Source: Candidatus Scalindua sp. | GTDB lineage: Bacteria > Planctomycetota > Brocadiia > Brocadiales > Scalinduaceae | Assembly (NCBI GenBank): GCA_031316235.1 | Contig: JALDRA010000001.1 | Location: 1,260,001 to 1,292,000 of the forward strand | Direction: 5' to 3' | DNA length: 32,000 nucleotides | In this document: one piece after another, positions 1-9,291 of the stretch | Numbering within the stretch: position 1 is the stretch's first letter | Layout of the letters: every line of letters starts with the position of its first letter | Translations under genes and position numbers: made by a program | Notes under the pieces: model-generated | What the model saw: only the letters and a program-made list of their open reading frames with translations | Database searches by the model: none | Told to the model about the DNA's origin: nothing

Positions 1-491
1 CTGCAAACAGCAAGACTCCTGAACATATGATAGGATGATGTAACCAAAAGAGAATTCTTTACATTTTGTTCTTTTAATATTGTCATTACGTTTTTAATGT
101 TTTCATAAGAGTTCTGAGAGTTATTCTCAGTCATGATACTTTCTTCATGAATACCGATTTCTACCAGAAAGTTTTTCATTAATTCGGCGACAGACGGCAT
201 TCCCTCCTTAAGGACACCACCACATATTATTATTTTGTCTGCGTAACCCTGATTGTATAAATTATACGCATGGATCATCCTTTGATACGTGTTTCTCTCA
301 AATATATGTTCGGTATAATTTGCCGAAGAGAGAAGAACGATAGCATCTGCTTGCCTGACTTCCGACTCTACTTCTAAAATTGCATATAAATAATTGGTAA
401 CTGGAGTAAAAGGAAAAGTTAGAGCAATTACGTTTAATCCGAGCAGGAAAAAGAATAGTAGTTTATAGTTGGTACCATTGCTTTTTATCAC
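1..491 (-). CDS. DUF218 (YdcF/SanA/ElyC-like) envelope-associated protein; the 3' end runs off the window and the gene is absent from the ORF track
   Basis: Hand translation of the minus strand from GTG at 491 stays open to position 1. It reads VIKSNGTNYKLLFFFLLGLNVIALTFPF (N-terminal TM helix) ... QADAIVLLSS ... IIICGGVLKEGMPSVAELMKNFLVEIGIHEESIMTENNSQNSYENIKN ... LLVTSSYHMFRS. The GG...S-x-AE-x-M...E-x-x-S-x-N-S-x-EN pattern is typical of DUF218. An in-frame TAG lies three codons upstream of the GTG. Confidence 0.6.
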   Translation of the reverse strand, partial: MIKSNGTNYKLLFFFLLGLNVIALTFPFTPVTNYLYAILEVESEVRQADAIVLLSSANYTEHIFERNTYQRMIHAYNLYNQGYADKIIICGGVLKEGMPSVAELMKNFLVEIGIHEESIMTENNSQNSYENIKNVMTILKEQNVKNSLLVTSSYHMFRSLAVC

Positions 492-535
492 GAAAGACTA
501 CCAATTAAATTTATAACACACACAACAATAATGTC

Positions 536-1957
536 TCAAGATACCCCTAATCTCTTCTTTCTGGAGATAGTTTTAAAGAAAAGTCTATATGCAAACTTAA
601 CGTTTACTTTAAAATTCGTATATGATCTTATGTTTAAGAGCTGTGTGACCAAAAAAGGAATCCTTAGATAGGTACTTTTTACAGCAAGTTCAAAATAGTA
701 CTGAAGTTCTTGCCTTGTAAATCCCTTGGGGATATAAGCAAGTGTATAGGTATTATGCTTTGACCAGTCTTCAACAGAAAAACCATCTTTTTTGACCATT
801 TCATACAACTCTGTCCCCGGATATGGTGTAGCATACGTAAAAGAACAAACACTTTTATTGAATGTTCTTGCAAACTCAATTGTTTTCATTATTGACTTCG
901 TTGTCTCTCCAGGCATACCTATTATGAATCCCAAGTCAGGAGTGAGTCCGGCCTCTTTTATCATTTGTATACCCTCTTTTATTTTCTCTATACTTTCGTT
1001 CTTTCTCATACTTTTCAGCATTTCATTATCAGCGGATTCAACACCGATAAATATCTTTACGCATCCACTTTTCTTCATGAGCGCCAACGTCTCTCTATCC
1101 ACATGGTCCGCTCTTATGCTACACCCCCACTTAATCGGCCTTTTAATATTTATGAGTCCTTCACAAATATTTCTGAGCCATTTGTTACTTACGTTCAGGG
1201 TAGAATCAGCTAGAGTCAAATTTCTTACATTATATCTGTCATATAAAAGCTTTATCTCTTCCAGAACTTTCCCAGGAGACTTTGCTCGATAGCTTTTCCC
1301 TATTATACTATGGCCACAAAAAGTACATGAAAATGGGCATCCTCGGCTTACTATTAGACATGCATAATTCTTTTCTATTGTCCATCTGTCCCAGTATTTT
1401 TCCATGGGTAACGATTCCCAATCTGCAAATGGTAAGGAATCTAAATTCTGGATATTTTCCCTAAAAGGATTTATCCTGACTTCACCTTCTTCCCTATAGG
1501 CAATCCCTTTTATATCTTGTAAAGGTTTCCTCAGTTGAATACTCTCTACTAGCTCAAGCATCGTTAACTCACCTTCACCGATAACGGCAATATCAACATA
1601 TGGATAGTTACTTAACAGGTTCTGGTATTCTATGGATGCATGAATCCCACCAAGAACCGTAACCATCTTTGGTAATAATGTTTTCATCTCTCGTAAAAAC
1701 TGTACCGTTTGCCCGACATTGTGCGTCATTACCGTAATACCCAGGATATCTGGGTTTATGCTTTTAACGTATTCTATTATTTCATCTCGACTTTTTTGCT
1801 GAGCAAATGCATCCAACAGAACAACGTCACACCCATTCTGTTTTAAGACACTCGACACCATTGCTAAACCATATGGTTGTAAAAGAGCGGCATAATCAGA
1901 GACATCATCTAAATTTTGAGGTAAGTGTAACAAAAGGGTTTTTACTTTATTATCCAT
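536..1957 (-). CDS. Cobalamin-binding-domain radical SAM enzyme (class B rSAM, methyltransferase-like), paralog pair 1
   Basis: 473 aa ORF. The N-terminal region is Rossmann-like and resembles a B12-binding domain (LLLHLPQN...VLGGIHAS...IAVIGEGE). The radical SAM cluster motif is SRGCPFSCTFCG (CxxxCxxC). The GVESADNEML and GFIIGMPGET motifs are typical of the B12-rSAM family. Confidence 0.9.
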   Translation of the reverse strand: MDNKVKTLLLHLPQNLDDVSDYAALLQPYGLAMVSSVLKQNGCDVVLLDAFAQQKSRDEIIEYVKSINPDILGITVMTHNVGQTVQFLREMKTLLPKMVTVLGGIHASIEYQNLLSNYPYVDIAVIGEGELTMLELVESIQLRKPLQDIKGIAYREEGEVRINPFRENIQNLDSLPFADWESLPMEKYWDRWTIEKNYACLIVSRGCPFSCTFCGHSIIGKSYRAKSPGKVLEEIKLLYDRYNVRNLTLADSTLNVSNKWLRNICEGLINIKRPIKWGCSIRADHVDRETLALMKKSGCVKIFIGVESADNEMLKSMRKNESIEKIKEGIQMIKEAGLTPDLGFIIGMPGETTKSIMKTIEFARTFNKSVCSFTYATPYPGTELYEMVKKDGFSVEDWSKHNTYTLAYIPKGFTRQELQYYFELAVKSTYLRIPFLVTQLLNIRSYTNFKVNVKFAYRLFFKTISRKKRLGVS

Positions 1958-2139
1958 TATTCATTTCTCACTATTGTTAATGGGGTTAGGATAGCCATAA
2001 TTGTTTTTACTTCATTAATAGCTATTAAGCACTTTTCTTTAATACAGCGAGTGTGTAGTAGATCGAAATATATCTCTTTTTTTAACAGCTCTTTGAAAAG
2101 ACGACGCTTACTGCTTCTAAAAAATTAAAAAAGATACAC

Positions 2140-3558
2140 CTACCGCTTAAAGGTAACAAACCTTTTAAAGAAAATACTATAAGCGGCAGTCATCATTATT
2201 TTCAAATTACGAAATGATCTTATCTGTAATAACTGATTTAAAATAAAAGAGACTCGCAAGTAAAAACTCCTTACCGCAAACTTATAATAAAATTCAAGTT
2301 TTTCTTTTGTGAGATCCTTTGGGATATAAGCCATTGTATACAAATCATGCTTAGACCAATCTTTCACTTTGAACCCCTCTTCCTGCGCAATTTCGTAAAA
2401 TTCTGATCCCGGAAACGGAGAGGCAAGAGAAAAAGTGCAAATACCCTTTTTTATTCGCTTCGCAAATTCTATTGTATTTTTAATTGAATCTTCGGTCTCA
2501 CCAGGCATTCCCAGGATAAACCCACAATCAGTCGTTATCCCAACTTCCTCAAGTAGTCGAATACCCTTCTCTATCTTTTCGATCGTAGTACCTTTTTTCA
2601 TTCTTTTGAGAACTCTGTTGTCAGCAGATTCTACCCCCACAAAAGCTCTGATACATCCGCTTCTCTTCATGAGCTTCAGGACTTCTCTGTCAAGCCTTTC
2701 AGTCCTTACATTACAACCCCAAATAAGATGCTTATTCATTTCTAATATACCTTCGCAAATTTCACTCAACCATAGGTTATCCAGATTAAATGTTGAATCG
2801 TGGAATAAGATCTGTCTAACATGAAATTTGTTATACAATAAATTTATTTCCTCAAGAATATTTCCTGGTGATCTCATCCTCGCCTTAACACCGAGAGCGG
2901 TCCTGGCTCCGCAAAAGGTACAAGCATATGGACATCCTCGACTTGCCATAATACCACCGTAGTTCTTTTTCACTGTTATGGCATCAGAATATTTTTCCAT
3001 AGGAAGAGATCCCCAGTCTGCAAAAGGTAATAAATCTAAATTTGCGATATATTCTCTCACAGACGTAATCTTTGTTTCTCCACGCACTCTATGGGCAATT
3101 CCTTTGATCGTATCTAATGAATTTCCACCTTGAATGCTCTCTATGATTTCAAGCATTGTCTGTTCACCCTCACCAATTACGGCTATATCAATTTCCTTAT
3201 TATTACCCATAAGATTGTCGTAATCAGCGCATACATGTGGACCACCAACTACAACTACAATTTCAGGCATGAGTGTCTTTATCTCTTTAAGAAACTGAAT
3301 AGTATAGAAAAGATGCTGTGACATTATAGAAAGTCCAAGGATTTGGGGATTTAGTTCTTTTACATATTCTAAGATGGCGTCTTGCTCTAAACGGTAAACC
3401 GCAGCATCAAACAGTGTCACATCCTTTTTATGGTATTTTAAAAACCCTGAAATAATAGCGAGGCTATACGGATGTAGTATGTTCGTAATCTCATGTACAT
3501 TATCCAGATTTTGAGGTAATCTTAATAGTAAGGTTTTGATATTGTCTTTCATACTCAT
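2140..3558 (-). CDS. Cobalamin-binding-domain radical SAM enzyme (class B rSAM), tandem paralog of 536..1957
   Basis: 472 aa ORF with motif SRGCPYACTFCG. It is collinear with 536..1957 over its full length, and roughly half the positions are identical by eye (LPFADW-SLPMEKY, GVESADN, GMPGET, TIEFA). Confidence 0.9.
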   Translation of the reverse strand: MSMKDNIKTLLLRLPQNLDNVHEITNILHPYSLAIISGFLKYHKKDVTLFDAAVYRLEQDAILEYVKELNPQILGLSIMSQHLFYTIQFLKEIKTLMPEIVVVVGGPHVCADYDNLMGNNKEIDIAVIGEGEQTMLEIIESIQGGNSLDTIKGIAHRVRGETKITSVREYIANLDLLPFADWGSLPMEKYSDAITVKKNYGGIMASRGCPYACTFCGARTALGVKARMRSPGNILEEINLLYNKFHVRQILFHDSTFNLDNLWLSEICEGILEMNKHLIWGCNVRTERLDREVLKLMKRSGCIRAFVGVESADNRVLKRMKKGTTIEKIEKGIRLLEEVGITTDCGFILGMPGETEDSIKNTIEFAKRIKKGICTFSLASPFPGSEFYEIAQEEGFKVKDWSKHDLYTMAYIPKDLTKEKLEFYYKFAVRSFYLRVSFILNQLLQIRSFRNLKIMMTAAYSIFFKRFVTFKR

Positions 3559-3583
3559 CTAGTTTTTCTGCAGCATAAAGGAG

Positions 3584-4669
3584 TTAGTTAATTGTTTTCG
3601 CCGTAAAAGTCCCATTTCTTAATCGATTAGCAAGAAACAGAGCTATTTTTTCGAAACTGTATCCCGTTATATTTATAACAGCGTCCGTTAAACTTAATCG
3701 TATTCCTGATGGTATACTTAAAATTGGTGGTGTACCTAATACTATGCAATTTTCACATAATGGAGATATGTCCAGATAATCTCCCTCTATCATAGACATT
3801 CTCAACCTAACCATCTCTTCTCCATTCCAAATATCAATAAACGATTTTTTTGTTATGTTGCCAATTACATATTCATGGTTTGCGTTATAAACACACGGGA
3901 CAACATCACCATTCCACATAATGCACGCCGTGCTCCAGAGTCTTGAACAAGGACCACAAACGTTACGGTTGTCTCGATAAGCAAATTTATCCGTATCCTT
4001 GAATGTACTTCCCCAAGTTGAGACCTCCCTTGTTCGTATTTCATCTATCAGCCCATCAAAAATTTTTAAGAAAGTTTTTTTCTCCATTTCACTGTAATCT
4101 TCAATTTCAAGTTCCAGGATAGATAATATGGAATAAGGGTACTTACTCTTCCTCTCCTTCTTTAATTTTAAAAAATAGAGAATGTTACGCAGTGTCTTTT
4201 CATAATTTGCTCCTACTCTGGCGCTTTCATACATGCTCTTTTTGAGGCCATCAAAGGCAAAACTTATTTCTGATATTCCAGATTCCAATAAGAGTTCAGC
4301 CTTTTTTTTGGTTAGTAATGTGGCATTTGTATTGAGGAGTACCTTTATCTCTTTTGAATTCGCATATTCAACCATCTTAAAAAATTCAGGATGAAGTAGT
4401 GATTCTCCACTAATTGCGAGCGTGACCGCTGAAGTATATTCGCTTATCTCCACAATTATTTTTTTATAGAGCCTATAATCCATAAAACCTTTTTCAATAT
4501 CAACTTTCCCCGTGCCGGTTGGACACATAATACACTTCAAGTTGCAATTGTTTGTCGGTTCAAGCCATATATAACTTGGCGGATTGACCAGGATTGTCCG
4601 CTTATTGTGGTAGCTCCTTAATGCCCTGAAATTGTTAGATAATATGCTAAATTTCTTTTTGGCTCTCAT
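3584..4669 (-). CDS. Radical SAM enzyme with C-terminal SPASM/twitch-type auxiliary cluster domain
   Basis: 361 aa ORF. The N-terminal motif is EPTNNCNLKCIMCP (CxxxCxxC). The C-terminal CSRLWSTACIMWNGDVVPC fits CX12GX4C, and a later CENC follows. Confidence 0.85.
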   Translation of the reverse strand: MRAKKKFSILSNNFRALRSYHNKRTILVNPPSYIWLEPTNNCNLKCIMCPTGTGKVDIEKGFMDYRLYKKIIVEISEYTSAVTLAISGESLLHPEFFKMVEYANSKEIKVLLNTNATLLTKKKAELLLESGISEISFAFDGLKKSMYESARVGANYEKTLRNILYFLKLKKERKSKYPYSILSILELEIEDYSEMEKKTFLKIFDGLIDEIRTREVSTWGSTFKDTDKFAYRDNRNVCGPCSRLWSTACIMWNGDVVPCVYNANHEYVIGNITKKSFIDIWNGEEMVRLRMSMIEGDYLDISPLCENCIVLGTPPILSIPSGIRLSLTDAVINITGYSFEKIALFLANRLRNGTFTAKTIN

Positions 4670-4681
4670 TATTATTTATTT

Positions 4682-6145
4682 TCAACCATATATCCTATAG
4701 TTAATCATTGAAGTCCTCAGAGCCTCAAAATAATTTGAATATGTTCTCTTCCTTTTTTGGATATAAAGCCCTTTTAATAATACGAAAGGATGTAAAAAAA
4801 TGACCTTTGCAAGAAAGAGGAAAAACCCAGGATATTTAAACAGGTTATAGTTTGGATTCTTTTCACTTGTCGATTGAAATAGCTGTCTGTAATATGCCAG
4901 ATCATTTTGGACTTCGGAAGAACGAAATGTTTGATTCTCTGTCAAAGAGTATGAAACCTCATCCAGTCGTTTATCATCCTCATCACTATATAAAGGAGTG
5001 CCAGGCATAGGCATATAGTAATTAACGGCCACAAAGGTAGAATTTATCTCTTTTAAGAGATTGCCTGTCATTTCCATATCATCCATGGTCTCACCAGGAA
5101 GTCCAATAATCATGTAGGAATAAGAGTAAATGCCCGCATCATTAATCGCCTTCACTCCCCTCTTTATCTGATCAACATTAATACCCTTGTTTACCATCTT
5201 TAAGATCTTCGGCGAGCCGGATTCAATACCAAGTGCCAGTTGAAAAAAACCAGCTTTCTTCATTAATCCAAGAATTTTTGGATTATCTACCTTATCCACT
5301 CTTGTTTGAGCATAAATTTTCAGCTTGATTTTCTCCTTCAGTATCTCCTTACAGAACTCTATGATTCTTTCGTTTTTGTAATAAAAGAGATCGTCAAGAA
5401 AAACCAACCCCTTGATTTTGTAGTTTTTTACCTGCCACTTTATCTCTCCGATAATGTCATCGATTGTCCTTTCCCTAAACACATTCCTTACGTTTTCTGT
5501 GCAAAATTTGCATCCAAAGGGGCAGCCTCTGTTAGCCATCATAAATCCAGTCTTGAGAAAGTGCCCGGGAATGCCACCAAGTCTGATATTTGTATAGTGT
5601 GCGTATTCAACAAGATCAAAAGCTGGATACAAGAGGGTATCAAGGTTTTTTGGATCACGATACTTAGTAGTAACAAGATCTTTTCCATTCTGATACGCAA
5701 TTCCGTTAACGTCTTCAAGACCACGTTGTAAATTATATGCATTTAATAATTCAACGATTGTTTCCTCCCCTTCACCGATTACGACCGCGTCTGCACCATA
5801 AGCTAGATATTTTTCCGGTACATAAGATGGGTCTTTTCCTCCACATACTACTATTTTCTCTTTTGTTGTTGCTTTGATCTGCTGTATTATCTCACCGGTA
5901 ACGCTTCTATTCCAACTGATTACTCCAAAACCGATAAAATCAGGGTCATATTTGTACAATTCAATCCACAACTTTTTATTCTTCTTTTTGTTGTAGTTTT
6001 CATCAATAAATTCTATTACTTTAACCTCATATCCAGCATCCGCTAAATAACTAGCAACATATAATAACCCCAAAGGTGGTCTCCATCCCTTTCTTGGGTT
6101 TATGAGCAATACCTTTCTTTTTGCTGGAAGAGTTCTCATTATCAT
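4682..6145 (-). CDS. Cobalamin-binding-domain radical SAM enzyme (class B rSAM), paralog pair 2
   Basis: 487 aa ORF with motif NRGCPFGCKFCT. The N-terminal part resembles a B12-binding domain (LLINPRKGWRPPLGLLYVASY...VVCGG...VIGEGE). It also carries LGIESGSPKIL and IIGLPGET. The start may be M1 (6145) or M3 (6139). Confidence 0.9.
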   Translation of the reverse strand: MIMRTLPAKRKVLLINPRKGWRPPLGLLYVASYLADAGYEVKVIEFIDENYNKKKNKKLWIELYKYDPDFIGFGVISWNRSVTGEIIQQIKATTKEKIVVCGGKDPSYVPEKYLAYGADAVVIGEGEETIVELLNAYNLQRGLEDVNGIAYQNGKDLVTTKYRDPKNLDTLLYPAFDLVEYAHYTNIRLGGIPGHFLKTGFMMANRGCPFGCKFCTENVRNVFRERTIDDIIGEIKWQVKNYKIKGLVFLDDLFYYKNERIIEFCKEILKEKIKLKIYAQTRVDKVDNPKILGLMKKAGFFQLALGIESGSPKILKMVNKGINVDQIKRGVKAINDAGIYSYSYMIIGLPGETMDDMEMTGNLLKEINSTFVAVNYYMPMPGTPLYSDEDDKRLDEVSYSLTENQTFRSSEVQNDLAYYRQLFQSTSEKNPNYNLFKYPGFFLFLAKVIFLHPFVLLKGLYIQKRKRTYSNYFEALRTSMINYRIYG

Positions 6146-6147
6146 AC

Positions 6148-6313
6148 TATACTCATCTTATAATGGTTTTCGGATAAAATCAGATAAAGAACGGATCGGG
6201 TAAAGCCCTCGGCGTTTTCTGTCCGGGGATAACAGCAGCCAGGCTTTGGTTCCTTGAAAAAACGTAAACCAAATAGGTTTTAGTATCTTTGCCTGACAAC
6301 CATTACTAAGAGT
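6148..6313 (+). repeat. MITE-like intergenic repeat, copy A (most complete, with terminal inverted repeats)
   Basis: The left end TATACTCATCTTATAATGGTTTTCGGATAAAATC is shared with copies at 17334, 29128 and (reverse-complemented) 22592. The right end AACCATTACTAAGAGT (6298-6313) is an imperfect inverted copy of ACTCATCTTATAATGGTT. There are internal hairpins (CTTTGGTT/AACCAAA and AAACC/GGTTT). Confidence 0.8.
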
Positions 6314-6328
6314 TATTATCCGTTTTTT

Positions 6329-7942
6329 TTAAAATTTTTGCATATGAAACTGTATTGCATCTTTTATTACTGCCATAGGCGACATTTGGTGTGTCTTATG
6401 TGCAAGATATCTTAAATAAAATCCTTCAAGAAAAATCAATGGATGAAACAGAATATACTTTAATAAGAATAAAATAAAGCCTGGATACGAAAATAGGTTC
6501 TTATTTCTATCCACAACCGACAGGGACTCAAACTCATCTCCTACCATCTTAAGAGCATCTAAAGGAATAGTGGTAGAAAATTCAGGATAATCTGTCGTAT
6601 ACGTAAACCCTTTAAAACCTTTTCTATCTACTAAAAACTTTGCACTACTTATTTCAAACTCAAAAGAAGGTGTACCGGGCATTGGCATATAATAGTTAAC
6701 GGCAACGTTAGTAGCCTTGATCTTTGTAAGCAATGCTCTCGTCATTTTCCTGTCTTCATCGGTTTCTTCCGGATGGCCTACTATGATGAAGGCGAACGTG
6801 TTAATACCGGCTTCATTATAAATCTCAAAGGCATTTTCTATCTGTTCAACAGTAATACCTTTCTTCATAGAATCCAGGATTTTTTGTGACCCTGACTCAA
6901 CACCAACAGCTAAAAGCAGAACACCGGCATTTTTCATCAGTTCCACTGTCTCTTTTTTTACTTTGTCAACCCTTGCGTGGCAAAAAAACTTTGTTTTTAC
7001 GTTTCTTTCAATTATCTTCTTACAAAATTCAACAGTGCGACTTTCTCTAAAATAAAAAAGATCATCAAGTACCACAAAACCCTCGATATTGAATTTATTT
7101 ATCTGCCATTCTATTTCATCTATCAAATCATCAACACTTCTTTCCCTGTATGAGCTACGGATGTTTGTTGTACAGAATTCGCATCTATAGGGACATCCAC
7201 GACTTCCGAAAATAAACCCTGCCCGCAGATAATGGCCGGGTATGCTCTGTAAACGAAAATCTACATATTTTTCATAATCGACAAGCTCAAATGCTGGACG
7301 AAGAATATAGTCCATCGGCAGAAATGATCTCTGTGGGGTAGATGTAATCTTACGGTCTCTTAAATATGCAATACCTTTAACCGCATCTAATGATTCTTGA
7401 AAATTTAAGGCATCCAGCAACTCAACAATAGTAATCTCAGACTCTCCGATAGTACAGAAATCTGCACCACTAAAGAGCAGATCGTTCGGGTTAGAAGTTG
7501 CATGTTTACCGCCACAGATAATGATTTTTCGAGGCATCTCTTCCCGAACCTTGGATATTAATCTTTGAGTAATCCTGAATGTTGAACTGATAACTCCAAA
7601 TCCGACAAAATCAGGATCATAGTTCTTGAGGTCTCTCCAGATTCCTCTATTATATCTGACATTGGGTGGATAGAGTTCATCCAGGAATTCGAAAATTCTC
7701 ACTTCGTATTGATTATCCAGTAAATATGCCCCGATATATAAGAGTCCCAGTGCCGGACGGCCTCCCTTTCTCGGCTGAATCAAGGCAATCCTGTTTCCCA
7801 CTCTTTTGTCAGCCCTGTTGCGGGATCTATCAAGAACAGTATGACTTTCTTCCATGATAATCCTGTCGTTGTCTCTGAGTGTAGACGCCACTTTTTTTTC
7901 ACTATGAGAAACTGTATTATCTACAATACACCGCACGCTCAT
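6329..7942 (-). CDS. Cobalamin-binding-domain radical SAM enzyme (class B rSAM), tandem paralog of 4682..6145 with an N-terminal extension of about 50 aa
   Basis: 537 aa ORF with motif SRGCPYRCEFCT, collinear with 4682..6145 (ALGLLYIGAY, YDPDFVGFGVIS, VAVNYYMPMPGTP). A strong Shine-Dalgarno AGAGGAGG lies 9 nt upstream of the ATG at 7942. Confidence 0.9.
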   Translation of the reverse strand: MSVRCIVDNTVSHSEKKVASTLRDNDRIIMEESHTVLDRSRNRADKRVGNRIALIQPRKGGRPALGLLYIGAYLLDNQYEVRIFEFLDELYPPNVRYNRGIWRDLKNYDPDFVGFGVISSTFRITQRLISKVREEMPRKIIICGGKHATSNPNDLLFSGADFCTIGESEITIVELLDALNFQESLDAVKGIAYLRDRKITSTPQRSFLPMDYILRPAFELVDYEKYVDFRLQSIPGHYLRAGFIFGSRGCPYRCEFCTTNIRSSYRERSVDDLIDEIEWQINKFNIEGFVVLDDLFYFRESRTVEFCKKIIERNVKTKFFCHARVDKVKKETVELMKNAGVLLLAVGVESGSQKILDSMKKGITVEQIENAFEIYNEAGINTFAFIIVGHPEETDEDRKMTRALLTKIKATNVAVNYYMPMPGTPSFEFEISSAKFLVDRKGFKGFTYTTDYPEFSTTIPLDALKMVGDEFESLSVVDRNKNLFSYPGFILFLLKYILFHPLIFLEGFYLRYLAHKTHQMSPMAVIKDAIQFHMQKF

Positions 7943-7969
7943 GAAATTGAAACCTCCTCTACTGAATGA

Positions 7970-9217
7970 TTATTTAACGCCAAAAAACTCTTTCACTTTA
8001 CCGGCAATATACAACATATCTTTCTTCCCGAGGCTTATGTGTGTAGGGAGAAATATAAGTTTATTGTGCAGTTTCTGAGCATTCGGGTATTTTCCTTTTG
8101 CATATGGCTTAAACCTTTCAAGGGTTGTTGTATCAATCGCTGTCTCATCCTGCGCATCAATTTTGTGAATAGTCAGGAAGCGCTGAAGTTCTTTACTCCT
8201 CTCAGTCCAGATGGCATAATGTACAGAAACATTCTCTCTGTCCGTGAAATCCCGTGGAATGTGTAATCCTGGAATATTTGACAATTGATCACTCAGGATT
8301 TCTGCATTTTCCATCCGTTTTCTGTTTGTACTGTCTATCCTTTTCAGCTGACTGAGCCCCAGCCTTGCCTGGACATTATTCATGTCGACCTTGAAACTAT
8401 CGGGTACACTATCGTATGACGGCATTTTCACCCTGAATCTTCCGGCATACTCCTCCTTCCCCTTTACCTGAAATTGATACACTAAGGGATAGAGAGAAAA
8501 CCGGTAAAGATAGGGGAGGTTAAGATACTTAAGCAAACTTCCCTTGATTGTTTGTATACAGAGCTCTTTTGTCGATATATGCGAAAAATCACTTTTCAGA
8601 TCTCTGAGTTTGCTGATAAATCCATCATCATCTGAAGTTACCATAGCTCCGCCAAACCCATAAAAGCTCTTACCATAACCAAAACTGAATGAACCGATAT
8701 CAAACGAACCGATTCGTTTACCTTTATAGGTTGCCCCGCACGATCTGGCACAATCCTCCACAACACGGAGATTGTGTTTTTTGGCAATTTTCATTATTGG
8801 ATCCATATCTGCGGGAAGCCCATTCAGGTGAGTAGGATAAATCACTTTAGTTCTCGCTGTAATAGCCTTCGTTATTTTACGATGATCAATACTCTGTGTA
8901 TCAAACTGAACATCAACAAAGACAGGTTTCAAACCTGCCATGACGACCATTGCGGCATCTACCCAGAAGGTAAATGCGGGGAGAATTACCTCGTCTCCCT
9001 CTTCAAGCCCAAGAGCCTTGAGCGCATAGTACGTCCCGGTACGGCTGTACGGAAAGGCAACGGCATTTTTTGTACCAATATATCTGGCATACGCCTTTTC
9101 CAATTCTGCGACTTTATCATTGCACGTTGCTTTTTTGGTATTCACTATCTGCAACAGGGATGAAATGACTTCAATTGTCTTCAAATCAACCGAAGTCCTG
9201 GACATTGCCTTTAACAT
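7970..9217 (-). CDS. DegT/DnrJ/EryC1/StrS-family PLP-dependent sugar aminotransferase (or dehydratase)
   Basis: 415 aa ORF with family-typical segments: ELEKAYARYIGTKNAVAFPYSRTGTYYALKALGLEEGDEVILPAFTF, VVEDCARSCGATYKGKRIGSFDIGSFSFGYGKSF (candidate PLP lysine) and IFLPTH. AGGAGG lies 7 nt upstream of the ATG. Confidence 0.85.
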   Translation of the reverse strand: MLKAMSRTSVDLKTIEVISSLLQIVNTKKATCNDKVAELEKAYARYIGTKNAVAFPYSRTGTYYALKALGLEEGDEVILPAFTFWVDAAMVVMAGLKPVFVDVQFDTQSIDHRKITKAITARTKVIYPTHLNGLPADMDPIMKIAKKHNLRVVEDCARSCGATYKGKRIGSFDIGSFSFGYGKSFYGFGGAMVTSDDDGFISKLRDLKSDFSHISTKELCIQTIKGSLLKYLNLPYLYRFSLYPLVYQFQVKGKEEYAGRFRVKMPSYDSVPDSFKVDMNNVQARLGLSQLKRIDSTNRKRMENAEILSDQLSNIPGLHIPRDFTDRENVSVHYAIWTERSKELQRFLTIHKIDAQDETAIDTTTLERFKPYAKGKYPNAQKLHNKLIFLPTHISLGKKDMLYIAGKVKEFFGVK

Positions 9218-9291
9218 TATGTACCTCCTTTAATTGATATTGATTAATACTTCTTAAGGGGTCGGGAAAAGCAACTTTACATTCTTGCATC

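Noticed and set aside
1958-2139. The whole 182-bp gap between the first paralog pair as a fifth, degenerate repeat copy
   Set aside because: Only about 30 nt next to the start codon (1966-1995) and an AGCGAGT heptamer resemble the repeat. The rest does not align, so it is noted as a motif similarity only.
6148-6313. The repeat family as a cobalamin riboswitch or other dedicated leader for the B12-dependent genes
   Set aside because: I could find no B12-box-like core. Copies also occur next to unrelated genes (pgk/rpe and ilvN/ilvC) and in both orientations relative to transcription. A mobile or REP-like repeat fits better.
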